Positions 1-15,269 of a stretch of 64,000 nt of DNA are shown here, piece after piece (the first letter of the stretch is position 1; every line of letters begins with the position of its first letter). The notes beneath the pieces are model-generated. The model was not told where the DNA came from. It saw nothing but the letters and a program-made list of their open reading frames with translations, and made no database searches. The translations under genes were made by a program, and so were the position numbers. This DNA comes from the human T2T-CHM13v2.0 reference genome, Homo sapiens. The stretch lies in NCBI RefSeq assembly GCF_009914755.1, contig NC_060944.1. One strand, given 5' to 3'.

Positions 1-270
1 TGGTTCCAAGTCTTTGCTATTGTGAATAGAGCCGCAATAAACATATGTGTGCATGTGTCTTTATAGCAGCATGATTTAAAATCCTTTGGGTATATACCCA
101 GTAATGGGATTGCTGGGTTAAATGGTATTTCTAGTTCTAGATCCCTGAGGAATTGCCACACTGACTTCCACAATGGTTGAACTAGTTTACAGTCCCACCA
201 ACAGTGTAAAAGTGTTCCTATTTCTCCACATCCTCTCCAGCACCTGTTGTTTCCTGACTTTTTAATGATC
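1..270 (-). mobile_element. L1PA (young primate LINE-1) ORF2 3' fragment, cut by window start
   Basis: Reverse complement matches L1 ORF2 C-terminus (same segment as the [32 protein letters not shown] at 54856-55227). Confidence 0.93.
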
Positions 271-779
271 TTAAATCTTAAATGCAATAACATAAAGTAA
301 AATAAAGCCTAAGTCCCAACAAGGGGAAATTTTCAAAAATAATCTGAAAACTTCCTGCGTTTTCTTGTTATGTTGTAATGAGTACTCCTGCAATTCCCCT
401 ATTAAGGATTCAGACAATGGTTGTTAATTCATTCTGCTTCTTCTGAGACTAGGAAAAAAATTACTGGGCTATGTTATATCGCAAGTGTAGATTATGCAGA
501 GTCTTCATCAACAGAAACAAAACATGGTGTGGGGCGGGGATGGAACAATTTAAGTGAATTTTAATTGAAAAGTTTCGTGGTTTTAACATTAAAAGACATG
601 CCTATAAAATAAGAACCTGTAAAAGTCTTCACTAAAATGGTAAAGTGCTCATTTCCAAGTAGTAAAATATTGAAACTTTTTCTTTTCATCGTTGATAGTG
701 ATTTAACATTTCATTACTTTATCGTTATTATGATTGTCATTATTTTAGACGAATGCATGGAAGTCAAAGGACTTCCAAA

Positions 780-1020
780 TGCACTGACGTCAAAGGCTAC
801 CTTCACCCGGGTAGCCTTGCGAATGGCCACGGCTGCGCGTGGGGCTTTCTGGGGATTGTAGTCCATAGGCCTCCTTGCGCAAGCGCTGTGGTACCAGACG
901 CAAGCTGCGGGCGACATTGTTTGGGATGCTGGGGTGAGGCCCGCCTGGACCGCGCCCCTCTCGGAAGTGTAGCCAGGAGTAGGGGTGTAGGATGTGCAGC
1001 TGTGACCCGTCCCTGTGGAC
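780..1020 (+). promoter_or_regulatory. CpG-rich promoter / non-coding exon 1 of the ZNF285-like gene
   Basis: Local CpG enrichment; full CRE TGACGTCA 785-792; ZNF143/THAP11-type motif TTCTGGGGATTGTAGT 847-862; C/EBP palindrome TTGCGCAA 875-882; candidate donor GGG|GTGAGG at 933/934. Confidence 0.75.
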
Positions 1021-1616
1021 TGAAGTAGGAGGAGTGGAGGAGGGGACTGGTGACCAATGATAAGGCCTAGTGGGTGGGGTAGGCTGGGGAAGTTCAGCGG
1101 CCCCTACCTACCCGGGATGGGATGGGAAGCGCTTGGGGTTTGGGGAGCGCTGGATGGTTTGGGGAGCAGCCCTGGGTTTGACAAAACGTGCATCTTCACG
1201 TTTCGTGACAGCGACTTGCGCTGTGCCACCTTGGGTCGAGGCTTAGGGTCAGTCTTGGAATGTGCATCTCTGGATGAGGGCAGAGGGGAGCTGGCTCAGG
1301 GTTTGGGAGTAATGGCTGGGGCTGTGCCTCCCTGAATGAGATGAGAGATTTGCTTAAGCAGCTTGTCTCTGGAGATAGAGGATGGCTTGGGCTATTCTCG
1401 CTCAGTTTGGTCGGGGCGATTCTGGCTCAGCACCCCTAGGTTCTTGGATGGGGAGTTGTCTTGGGTCTGAACTCTGGATTTTGGCAGCTCTGACTCCATT
1501 GGGGCATTTCTGACTTCAGGGCAGAGGTTCCGGCTTCTGGCAATAAAGAAACAACTCAGACTGTAAAAACTCTGGAGTTTAATGTCACCGAACACATTTT
1601 GAAAAGAACTGCCCCA

Positions 1617-2036
<420 letters not shown>

Positions 2037-2539
2037 TTACACTCACCAAATTTGAAGTATGAACGCTCTCTGTATATTTGATAAAGTTAGAGATTTAGTG
2101 TTAATTATTTTAGGTGTAATAGCAGCATTTATTACATTTCTGATCGTGTTTCTGGACAATTTCAGTTCCAGATTCAGCTGCACTTTTCCTCTAGGTCTTC
2201 ATTCCCTGAAGAGGTTGATATGGGCATCTGGTCTCATTCCTGATGTATTCCTCAGATCAGAGTAGTTGTCAGGTTGAGGGATGAGAAAGGCATTTGTGTG
2301 AGAGAGCTGTGTGGACTTTGGCAGATAGGGAAAAAACAAGAGTCCTGAGGTGCCACGTGTCCCATGCCTTTGGCTCCCCACCTTTTCCACCCTGCTGTCT
2401 GCCCTGAAAGGCCACCATTGCCTTCTGGCCTTGCTTGTCTTTGGCCAGTGGGAAGTCTCAACAGGAAAGTTTGGAGAGAGAAAGAAGTGTGAGTTGGAGG
2501 ATCTTGTCCCCCAGTTCTCTCTCTGCAGGATTGTCACAG

Positions 2540-2806
2540 ATTAGCTGCCCTTCTAAACAACAGGTCATGGTTTGGGTGGCCCTGGCCACACAGTCCTCTC
2601 AGTTCCAGGCTCCAGGGACTGCTCCCTCCCCTTACCTCTTAAGGCCCAGGTATTATAATGGCACCTCCCTGTCACTTCCCAGGATAGAGCCTTATCCACT
2701 CTGATTTCCTTGCCCCCAGCCAACACCATCGTAAGCTGTCTGTTTATTAAACTCCCCTCAAATTTGAATGTGCCATCTGGTTCCTGCCATGGCCCATAGT
2801 TGATAC
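2540..2806 (+). mobile_element. ERVL LTR fragment (LTR33-like 3' end)
   Basis: Ends TTTATTAAACTCCCCTCAAATTTGAATGTGCCATCTGGTTCCTGCC...TGATACA. Confidence 0.5.
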
Positions 2807-3094
2807 AGGCAGGGAGTGTCTGAAGCCAGAAATTCAGGAAACCAAACCCTCAACCATATATGTGTGACTGCATGTGTGTAGATGTGTGCTTGAAAATAAA
2901 CCTGTCCCATTATTGGCTCTTAAGTGAGAACGGGTACTGGAAGTAGAGGGTGAGTTTATGTCTTTGCACGTGCGTATAATGTATAATATCCAAGCCAATT
3001 CTGTTTGTGCATTTGTTAATATTAAGAAACATTGATTGAGTGCTTGTTAAATGATAAGATCCTTAGCAAGTACAGTGGATAAAAGACTACAGCT

Positions 3095-3147
3095 TGTTTT
3101 TTTGTTTGTTTGTTTTTGTTTTTGTTTTGTTTTGTTTTGTTTTTTTT
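3095..3147. repeat. (TTTG)n/(TTTTG)n microsatellite
   Basis: Direct reading. Confidence 0.95.
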
Positions 3148-3799
3148 AGGATTTGTAGTTTTTTGACAGGGGAAAGGAGGAGTGTTTCCTTGGTAGGTTT
3201 TAACTATTGTAAAATGATGTAATTCATGCTGTATTAATAAGTTGAACATTCCTTATTTTGGCCTTTGTTGGAGCCCAAAATAAGAAGTGATTAATGATGT
3301 CTCTTAAAGGTATTAAAGGAGAGAAAAAGAGTCCAAGGATTTACCAAAAAGACATTTCATATTCTATTAACCTGATTCTATAACCCTGTGAGCTGCAATT
3401 CAAAGGGTAACCAACAGACCAGTGCCAATAAATGATATTGGTCTGTGACCAGATAATTTGAGAACTTGATTGTAGATGTTTAAAATTTTGTCTTATTGAT
3501 TAATATAATAATAACAATTGGGCTTTAATTTGCATACCTTCTTAATTTCCTTTTTCCAGTAATTTCTTTTTACTGTATCTTACCAAAATATCAGTCTGTG
3601 ACAGACTGAAAGTAACGGTAATAATAATATAAAAACTAGTCCTTTATCACAGATAGTGTGAGAAGCACTATCTGAGAAGGCAGAAACGTGGTTTTTGGCT
3701 TTTATTTTTTAATCTTTGGAGTTTACACAGTGCTTAAAGTGGCAATTTTATACAGTAAGTTTCCCCACAAAGGCGAGAGGCAATTGAGCTTACAGCTTT

Positions 3800-4215
3800 T
3801 ACCAGATGGAATCCCAATAAAAAATAAACAGAACACTCAAATTGGGTAATTTGAGAAGAGCTTAATAAAGGGACAATCTATAAAGTTGTAGGCAGGCTGT
3901 GGTAATCAACAAAGGGTATTGCAATATTTCAGAGCTAGTGATAGCAGGGTAACTTACTGCCTTTAGGACTGAAGGGCTAAGGGAGGAGGCAGTCACTAAA
4001 ATGTGAAGAAAGATTTATGGGATGACAGCTGCCTGATGGTGGCCATGACCTTTGGTCAATGGATATGGAGCATAGCCATTCCACAGCAACCTCTAGGGAA
4101 AAACCTGGGGGAATAAATATTCTGACTTCACTCTTGTCCCTTCCCTGGATCTCTTGCTGGCTTTCCCCATTGGCTGAACCCAACTGGAAGCTAATTGGCA
4201 AGGGAATCCACTGAT
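3800..4215 (-). mobile_element. ERVL LTR (LTR33-like)
   Basis: CACTCAAATTGGGTAATTTGAGAAGAGCTTAATAAAGGGAC and CCATTGGCTGAACCCAACTGGAAGC motifs. Confidence 0.55.
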
Positions 4216-4608
4216 ATTAGCAGAACAGGAAGGGACTTTAGTGTATATGAAGTGGCAAGCTTAGAAGGTCTATCTATCTACTTTGGTCTACGTGCAGTCT
4301 GAGAACATGTACAGTTCAGTATACTGTGAGCATTTCCAGAGCAGAGGATGTGTCTTATATGTCATAAGTGTGTCATCAATATTTGCAAAAGCAAGGGATA
4401 GAATGGGTGCTGGAGAGACAGTTTAGGAAGCCAAGAATCAAGGTGTAGATGTTTAAAAATTTGTATTATTGATTAATGTGATAATAAAAATTGGGATTTA
4501 ATTTGTATATCTTGGCTAATCGCAAGTTCTTTAGACCACAGGCCTGGCCATACAAGATCAAGTCTTTCATGTGAAAGTGGAAATAGCAGAAGGTCCCTGT
4601 CATCCTGA

Positions 4609-4930
<322 letters not shown>

Positions 4931-5273
4931 CCTGAGATTGCTCCCTTACTCAGCAATTCTGGAGCCTTTTTTCCAGCGTAATTCAGATGTAGATTATGTC
5001 AGTTCATTCACAAGTCTGAGAAAAGGAAAAAATGTGCAGGTTTTGACCCAAAAGCTTGAGGAGAGAGATAGGAGTTACACAGTGGTCTGAGATTGAGGGA
5101 CTGGGGACAAATCTAGGGAAGTCTTGAGGAGGTGGGAGTTCAGTCTGTTCAGAATGAGAAGAGATATCTAGGGAGAGAAGAAATTGTGAGAAATTTGTAC
5201 AGATAAGGAAGGAACCAATGTTCATTTATAACTTGTTGAATCCATGATCTCATGGATTCTTTCTTCTTTGCAG

Positions 5274-5331
5274 TTCTGCTTTTCCAGAATCCTGCCCTTT
5301 CCAAAAGGAAGACAGTATGATTAAGTTCCAG
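5274..5331 (+). pseudogene. ZNF285-like exon 2 (start codon at 5317, MIKFQ)
   Basis: ttcttctttgcag| acceptor; ATG ATT AAG TTC CAG 5317-5331; consensus donor GTAAGT at 5332. Confidence 0.92.
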
Positions 5332-5746
5332 GTAAGTTAAGGGTTTCTTTCTCTTTAAATATACTGTTCATTCTGAGGAACCAGCACTTCTGTTTTCTGA
5401 AAGGTGGTCAGCATTTTTTGAGTGACTACTATGTATTAGGTACTTCATCTTGCTCATAATGAGTTTGTGAGGCAGGTGGTTTGACTCCCTTTATAGAAGT
5501 GAAGAAACAAACTCACAGATTTCAAGATGTCTACTTTGGTGCTACTCTAAGTGTGGTTCGTGTACCAGTACCAGTCCATGAACTGCTTATCACTGCCCCA
5601 TGAGGGAAAAAGAATCAAGACTAAGTTCAGAAGCTTTTATAGCAATTTGGTGTTGCCGCAGCATCTGAGTGCATGGGCAGCATATACATGACCATACTCT
5701 AAATGTCACTGGTCTCGTTCGATAAGTAACAAGATTTGAATGGGTA

Positions 5747-6156
5747 TGTATTGGTCAGAATTCAACCAGCAAGGCAGAACCAGTAAGAGATATATATTAA
5801 GAGATTTATCATAAGGAATTGATTTATATGATTATGGGGGCTAACTAGGCAAGTCCAAAATCCACAGGGCAGTCCTCAGGAAGGGTGGGCCAGAACTCTT
5901 AGACACAGACTGAAGCCCCTGTCTATGGGTGGAATTTCTCCCCCTCCCAGGGAAGCCTCAGCTCTGCTCATAAGACCCTTCAGTTTTTTGAGTCAGACAT
6001 ACTCAGATTAGTTAGAATAATCTCCCTTAAAGTCAACTGATTATGGACTTTAATCACATCTACAAATTATCTTCATAGCAATACCTAGATTAGTGTTTTA
6101 TTCAATAACTGAGGACCGTAGCTTAGCCAAGTTGCCACATTAAAAAGACCATCACA
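5747..6156 (-). mobile_element. MLT2 (ERVL) solo LTR
   Basis: TGTATTGGTCAG...AAGGAATTGATTTATATGATTATGGGGGCT...GCCAAGTTGCCACATTAAAAAGACCATCACA. Confidence 0.75.
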
Positions 6157-8589
6157 GTGTGGAGGAAGGATTTTCTTTTAATCATGAAAAAAATTAATTA
6201 TGAAAATACACAAAAAGAACAAATGGTATTATGAGGCTCCATTTGCAGTACCCATCATGAAGTTTCAACGATTAACTTATTGCCAAAGGGATTTGCTTAA
6301 TCTCTTTTTCAGTTTTTTCTTTCCCAGAGTATTTGAAAGAGGCATGGTATTTACACTGTATTGGTTTTTCTCTGAGCACATCGCTTTTGTATAGTACCTT
6401 ATTATATATGCAGCTAAAATGAAAGAGCTCACACTTTATCCTTCTGCCTGGAAACCATCTTGCCCAAGTCCAAGATTCATTAGGTACATTTTCTATCTTC
6501 TAAATTACAGCAACAGTTTACCAAGTGTTCACCACTACATCACCCAGGTCACCATTTTTCCAGCCTCCTATAACAGTGTCCTCAATGGTTATGGCCTGGA
6601 CCTAAAGCCAATGCCATGAGTATTTGGTAGCACTCTGCTGGTTTTGGTTAGCTTGGGTGTGTCCTCATAGTGAAGACAGAGTTACAAGAGAGCAAGTGAA
6701 CGCGTGAGATCTGTCAAGGCCCAGGTTAGAAATGGCACATTCTCACTTCTGCTTCATTTTGGTAGCCAGAGCAAGTTACATTGCCAAGTCAAAACTAAAG
6801 GGGTAAGAAAACACACTCTGGTCCTTTAGTGGGATTGGTGAGCATGGAAGAGGATATTTCTAAACAGCAATCTAATTTACCACATTCTCTATGTATTTCA
6901 GTATATATTTCCTTAAAAACTGACTAATGAGATAATCAATAATTATTTGGTATTATCTAATACCCAGACAATAACCAAATTTCCCTGATTATCTCAAAAA
7001 ATTTTTAACAGTTGGTTTGTTCAAATGGGATCTTACCAAAAGTCTATACTATCATATAGTTGGCTGTTGTGTCTCATAATCTCTTTTAATCTAGAGAAAT
7101 CTGCCCCTCTACTTTATTCTCTCCTGCTATTGACTTGTTGTAGAAACCAAGTTTGGTATCCTGTGTTCTTTCCTACATTTGGAATGCATTTGCTTGCTTC
7201 CTTTTGGTGTCTTTCAATGTGTTACTCTATCCACAGTATTTCTTGTAAGTGGAAGCACCAGATGCTTGAATAGATTCAGGTTCAAGGTTTTACAAGAATA
7301 CTTCATAGATGGTTATACAAGAATACTTCAGAAAGGAAAATATTTATAGATTTTTGCAAGTGTTTATTCGTTGAAAAATTTGGTTTCTTAATATTTTGGG
7401 GCTGTCCTTGTATCTGCATCCTATGACAATCGCTGCCTAGGATTCCTACAAGGCATCCATCCAGCTACAAGGGTGGTGGAGAAATGAGTGTTTTGTTTTC
7501 CCAGGCTCTATAGTTGAGGCAGAGAAGGGAGAATGGGGTGTAGGCTGGGTGAACCTCTATTCCTAACCCCTTCTTCCTACGTTGGAACACCCCAAGCAGA
7601 CTTCAGGGTATCTGTATTTCCTGAATGATTAACTCCAATTCAATTTTGTTGCCTCCCACAGAAGAAGGCATACAGTAGTGTTACAGAGAGAGTGATGCTA
7701 TTAGGACAACCGTGCTGACTCCCCTAGATTTTGTTTTTAATCATTGTCAGATTTTGGTAATTGGACAATTGTTAGGAACATATTCTTTGTGAAGTTGTTT
7801 GTAACTGCTTACAACTTTCATTTGAAAGTTCTGCATTATTTAGAGATGCAGAGTCTATTGAGAGAACATATCTGTAAATACTTAACTCTGAGCAGTGTGA
7901 TATATGCAGCAATAGAAATATTTTACATAAAAATTGTTTTCTTGATTAGGAGATGGTTATTAATATCAGATTATTCCCCACATCCTTTTATTTTGAGAAA
8001 TTTCAATTTATCAGGAAAATGAAAGAATAGCATAATGTGTAATCTTCACCTAGATTCACCAATTGTTAACAATCACCCATAAACATATGCATAATATACA
8101 TATATACACACACATATCTATATTTTATTTTGATGACCCAGTTGGGGATAAATTGCAGGCATGATTATAATTCATTCCTAAATATTTCAGCTTGTATCTC
8201 CTAAGAGTAAGAGCATTTTCCTACATTTCCACATTACTGCTAACATACTCGAGAAATTTCACATTGATACCACTATTTTTTAATACCTAGTTGATATCCA
8301 AGTGTTCTTAATTATGCTAATAATCTCCCTTTTCTCTATTGTGTTTTTTGAATCTAGGAGCCAGGCTTTTAGTTACCCTGTCTTCTTAGTTCCTTTTAAC
8401 ATGATAAAAATAGATTAATCTGCCATGAAAAAGTGAAAATACCAAATCTTGGTGTGTGATGAGAAATGAACTCATGGAACAGTACTAGACTTGTGTATCA
8501 GCACAACACCTTAGTATAGATTTATCTGTGCCTATTTCCTGGGCCATATTTTATAATTTGATTCATATTGTCCTTTGGGAATCCCTGAT

Positions 8590-8833
8590 CCAATAGGATT
8601 AATGTCCTTATGAGACAGCCTCAACAGAGCTTGCTCTCATTCTCCCTCTGCCATGTAAGGACACAGTGAGAGGACAGCTGTCTGCAAGCCAAGAGAAGAA
8701 ACCTGAATGAAACCTATCTTGGTGGTACTTGATCTTAGACTTTCCAACCTCCAGAACAGTAAGAAGTTAGTTTATTTTGTTTAACCTAATCAGACTGTGG
8801 TATTTTATTAAGGCAGCCCAAACAGACTAAGAC
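8590..8833 (+). mobile_element. MLT1A/MST MaLR LTR fragment
   Basis: GCCATGTAAGGACACAGTGAGAGGACAGCTGTCTGCAAGCCAAG...GCAGCCCAAACAGACTAAGAC. Confidence 0.75.
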
Positions 8834-8880
8834 CAGTCATTTGTGTGGATGATTGACGTGGCATGTGGTTGATGTTTTAG

Positions 8881-9012
<132 letters not shown>

Positions 9013-9050
9013 TAACTGAGCATCAGACCACTGGACCTGTGTCCTGAAAT

Positions 9051-9141
9051 CATCATTTCAAACCACATAGAAAACTCCAGTTAGATCACAAAGAGAAACT
9101 TTGACCACTGGAAAGAAAACACCTAAGAGATGCATGTGCAG
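9051..9141 (+). pseudogene. Decayed KRAB-b exon remnant
   Basis: Translates HHFKPHRKLQLDHKEKL*PLERKHLRDACA then G|GTTAGA; aligns with the FKPDxISQLEREEKLW pattern; no acceptor. Confidence 0.6.
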
Positions 9142-9608
9142 GTTAGAACCCTGCAGTTAATGAGCTTTTACAGATCAATGTGAGGATCTGGCCCCTTGTG
9201 ATGGGTTTGTGAGGGAGCTCTCCCCAAATCTCATACCCCTGGCCTGTGGGCATTCAATGCAGGTAGTAATCCCTCCCTCCCCTAATCACACATTTAGGCT
9301 CTCATTCTTTCCTCATATTTCTCAGAATGAGACATAAAATTCACACATCACCAAGAGCCTTGATCTATTGGATGCTTCTGGAGAAAAATCAATGTTTATC
9401 CAATGTTTTGGATAAACCAGTGTTAAAGGAACAAAGGGAGAACTTTGATTTGGTTGGCAGTTACAATAGCCAACACTTACTGGTATGTAGTAAGTGTAAT
9501 CTAAGTGTTGGCTTATTTGATTACTTTTTGATAAATATCTAACCTCATTTTCATTTCTCAGAGGTTCATATACAGTTATGTGCTACCTAAGTTTAGTTTA
9601 TGAGATAG

Positions 9609-9975
9609 AGATATGGTTTGGCTATATCCCTACCCAAGTCTCATCTTGAATTGTAGCTCCCATAATTCCCATATGTTGTAGGTGGGGCCTGGTAGGAGGT
9701 AACTGAATCATGGGGCAGGGGTCTTTCTCATGCTGTTCTTATGAGAGTGACAAGTCTCATGAGATTTGATGGTTTTATAAATTGGTGTTCTCCTGCACAG
9801 GCTTTCTCTTTGCCTGCCACCATGTAGGATGTACCTTTGTTCTTCCTTCACCTTCTGCCATGATTTTGAGGCCTCCACAGCCATATGGAAATATGAGTCA
9901 ATTAAACCTCTTTCCTTTATAAATTACCCAGTCTTGGGTATGTCTTTATTAGAAACATGAGAATGGACTAATACA
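9609..9975 (+). mobile_element. THE1 solo LTR
   Basis: GATATGGTTTGGCT...TCTCATCTTGAATTGTAGCTCCCATAATTCCC...GGACTAATACA. Confidence 0.9.
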
Positions 9976-10006
9976 GATAGTTACTGTTATTATCCCCCTT
10001 TTATGG

Positions 10007-11349
<1,343 letters not shown>

Positions 11350-12669
11350 ATGGATGAAACAACTGAGTCACAGAATTAATAACTTGCCCATGATCACACA
11401 GCTTATAAGAAGAACTAGGATTTGAGCCCTCCTAATCTGGCCCTAGGTCCTGTGTTTTTAATAAATAACCTGGTGAAACCAACGTGTAATCTGTAGACAC
11501 AGGACCTTCTACATAAATCTGCATATCCCTGCAGTTGTTTCTCAAACTGCAGGATAAAACCCTCTTGATGAGTCCTGAAATCAAATTACTGTGTCATAAC
11601 TAGCAATTTTTAAAAAGCAAAATAGATTAATAGAGCAGAAAACAGAAGAATTTATCAAAATGCATTGCACATCATATGTAAGTATCAGCTGATAAAACTT
11701 CTGTTTTAGTGAGCAGTCGGTGTTGATGTCTGTGCCTATTCCTACTGAGTCACAATGCTGATTTTATTGTGGGTTACAATCAAAACAATTGGGAAACCAC
11801 TGCTTAGAACCCATTTGGGGCAGCTCATGGTCTCCCTTTCCCTGATACTATCTTATAAACTAAAGTCACTTTCAATAAAACAACCCAGAAAGGACCTTGA
11901 ACCAGAAGCGGTATCCAGTGGGACTTGACCATGATATTCATGCCATTCTGAAACCCATCTTAGGGTCCCAAAAATATGATCATCCTCTTCTGCCTCAGCC
12001 CCCTGTTTGTTATATACCACAGTCTTGCTTCCCTGGGTGCCAGGCCATTGACAGTGCCACAGTATCTGTTCCCCATTCTCAAAGTCATGGCTCTTTGAGA
12101 TTCTGCAATAACTTAAAAGGTCAGAACTTAAAGAAATGGATTATAGTATCTGAGTGGTCTCTATCTTTTCATGAAGATAAAGAACCTCGGGGAAAATAAA
12201 AAGGATGTCTCTTAAAGCTTGTCTCAGAGGTTTACATATGCATCCCCGCACAACGCCAGGACCACATTTCACAATGTTTATCCCTATTTCAATCCCCATT
12301 GCCTTTTTATCCCCATCCCCTTAAGGCTCACCATGTACAGTTGTGCAGGTTGTACACAAACATACATGATAGTCCTCCATATGACAGTGATGTGAAGGAA
12401 GGGAAGCCATCAGGAGATAGGACTTACTTGTTTCTGAAACCTCTTGTGACCCTTTGTGTCCCTTACTCTGCCCAACATATAAAAAACACTCCATCAATAT
12501 GTATTATTTCTATACACACATATACTACATAAAATGGGAGCCTTTCCCATACCTTTTGTAGCAAGATTATTAAAGTCTTTTTATTGACCACTCTTATAGT
12601 GGGGAGGTGAATTTCTTCCTTCATAAATTTTTCCTAAGATTTCCTTTTATTCTTTTTTGCTGTGTGGGG

Positions 12670-12942
12670 GTGGAAATGTCTTGCTCTGTCACCCAGGCTG
12701 GAATGCAGTGGCACAATCTTGGATCACTGCAGCCTCTGCATCCCAGGATTAAGCAATCTTCCAACTTCAGATTTCCAAGTAGCTGAAATCATAGGCAAAA
12801 CAGAACCAATTTTCAATTTTTTTGTAGAGATGCGATCTCACCATACTGCCCAGCCTGGTCTTGATCTCCTGAGCTTGAGTGATCCTCCCACCTCAGCCTC
12901 TGAAAGTGTTGCTATGACAGCCATAAGCCACTGCACCTGGCC
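12670..12942 (-). mobile_element. Degenerate AluJ
   Basis: Reverse Alu; translates [11 protein letters not shown]. Confidence 0.85.
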
Positions 12943-13122
12943 AAGATTTCTCTTAATTTCCCTACAATACTTGATTTCTAATTGGCAGCTCACAGGTTAG
13001 AATTACTGTGGCTCTGTTTCCCATGCCAATAGAAGCCAGGGACAACTTCCCACCCCATCATATTTCATTTTCTCAAAACCTCTGGACAGGTGATTCACAA
13101 ATTCTCTTTCTTCTCATGGGAG

Positions 13123-14749
13123 ACGGGATTAAAAACAACATTTTGAATCTTCAGGGAACGGGGTTAAGTTACCTTTCTCAAGAAGTGCTTCATTGCTGGC
13201 AGATTTGGAAACAAAGGATCCGGGATTTAAGTGTGAGTCAGGATTATATCATGAACCTTCAAGAACAGTGTTCCCCACATTTAGAAGATGTTTCCCTCTG
13301 TGAAGAGTGGGCAGGCGTGTCTCTTCAGATTTCTGAAAATGAAAACTATGTAGTAAATGCCATTATCAAAAATCAAGATATCACAGCATGGCAAAGCCTG
13401 ACACAGGTTCTTACTCCAGAATCTTGGAGGAAAGCCAACATAATGACCGAGCCCCAGAAATCTCAGGAAAGATATAAGGGAATTTACGTGGAAGAGAAAT
13501 TGTACAGACGTGCTCGGCATGATGAGAGCCTCAATTGGACCTCATGTGATCATCATGAGTCCCAAGAATGTAAAGGAGAGGACCCTGGTAGACACCCCAA
13601 CTGTGGGAAAAACTTGGGTATGAAATCAACAGTTGAACAACATCATGTGGTCCATGTTTTACCACAGCCTTTCACATGTAATAACTGTGGGGTGGCCTTT
13701 GCAGATGATACAGATCCTCGTGCCCATCACAGCACTCACCTAGGAGAAAAATCTTATAAATGTGACCAGTATGGAAAGAACTTAAGTCAGAGCCAATATC
13801 TTATCATTCATTGTAAAACCCACTCAAGAGAGACTCCCTATGAATTCCACGAATGGCCTACAGGCTGCAAACAGAGCTCAGACCTTCCCAGATGTCAGAA
13901 AGTCCCCTCAGGAGACAATCCTACAAATGTAAAGAATGTGGCAAGGGCTTCAGGTGCAACTCCTCCCTTCACAACCATCATCGAGTCCACACAGGGGAGA
14001 TGCCCTACAAATGCCACGTATGTGGGAAAGCGTTTGGATTTCGGTCACTTCTTTCTATTCATCAGGGAGTACACACAGTGAAAAAGCCCTACAAATGTGA
14101 AGAGTGTGGGAAGCGCTTTGAACAGAGCTCCAACCTTCTTATCCATCAGAGAGTCCACACTGGAGGGAAGCCCTACAAATCCAGTGAGTGTGGCAAGTGC
14201 TTTAGTTCAAGCTCCGTTCTTCAAGTCCACTGGAGGTTTCACACAGGGGAGAAACCTTATAGGTGTGGTGAGTGTGGAAAGGGCTTCAGCCAAAGTACAC
14301 ACCTTCACATTCACCAGAGAGTCCACACAGGGGAGAAACAATACAAATGCAATGTGTGTGGAAAGGATTTTGGGTATAGTTCTGTTCTTCACACTCATCA
14401 GAGAGTTCACACTGCAGAAAAACCATATAAATGCGAAGTGTGTGGAAAGTGCTTTAGTTACAGTTCATATTTGCACTTCCATCAAAGCGATCACACAAGA
14501 GAGAAACCATATAAATGTGATGAGTGTGGTAAAGGCTTCAGTTGGAATTCAGATCTTCATGTTCATCTCAGAGTCCACAGAGGACAGAGGCCCTATAAGT
14601 GTAAGGCATGTGGTAAGGGCTTCAGTCGTAATTCGCACCTCCTTGTCCAACAGAGAGTGCATATAGATGAGACACAGTACACACATTGTGAGCATGGCAA
14701 AGACCTTCTGACTCATCAAAGACTACATGAGCAGAGAGAAACATTATAA
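13123..14749 (+). pseudogene. ZNF285-like exon 4: spacer plus C2H2 array, frameshifted
   Basis: ORF 13008-14081 holds the spacer and the first finger; ORF 13853-14749 holds 9 tandem fingers with HTGEKPY-type linkers (4th C>S, 9th H>Q); frames switch at GAC AAT CC TAC (~13920). Confidence 0.96.
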
Positions 14750-15269
14750 ACGTAGTAAGTCAGGGTTAAATTAGGAAAACAGAAGCCACACTGTATTCCA
14801 GATAACAGAGGCTTACTCAGCCTGTGGGAGGGCTGGGGGAGCAAAAGACAGGGACACTGCCATCAATAATGTCAGCCTGCAGCACTGGAGTGTGCCAGGC
14901 AAGGGTTGTGGATTTCAAGAACTTCTGTGAAGCTCCCATCAACTGCTGTATGCTACAATGGCAAAGTAGGTTACTCTTGACAAATGGGTGGTTTGTGGTA
15001 GTGTTTGTAGTTAGAGGTCAAATTTCCATTAAAGGGTGTGTCCAGGAAGGAAATTCTAATTGGGATGATTATGGTAAGGTCTTCAGTTTAGCCAAAGTCC
15101 TGAGATTTTTTTTAGTCCCCAACAGAAAAATACTCTCTGTATGAAGAACATTCAAAATTGTGCTCAGAAATGAAACTGATGCTCTTACCATGAAAGAACA
15201 TTAGTACTCAGGTTTTCCATGAGATTCTCTGCACAGGCGAGAAGCTCTACAGAAGTGGCATTTGAAGAG

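Noticed and set aside
13008-13115. N-terminus of the 357-aa ORF
   Set aside because: GTG-initiated read-through of intron 3, including the polypyrimidine tract.
14097-14666. 189-aa ORF over the finger array
   Set aside because: Shadow frame typical of C2H2 arrays.
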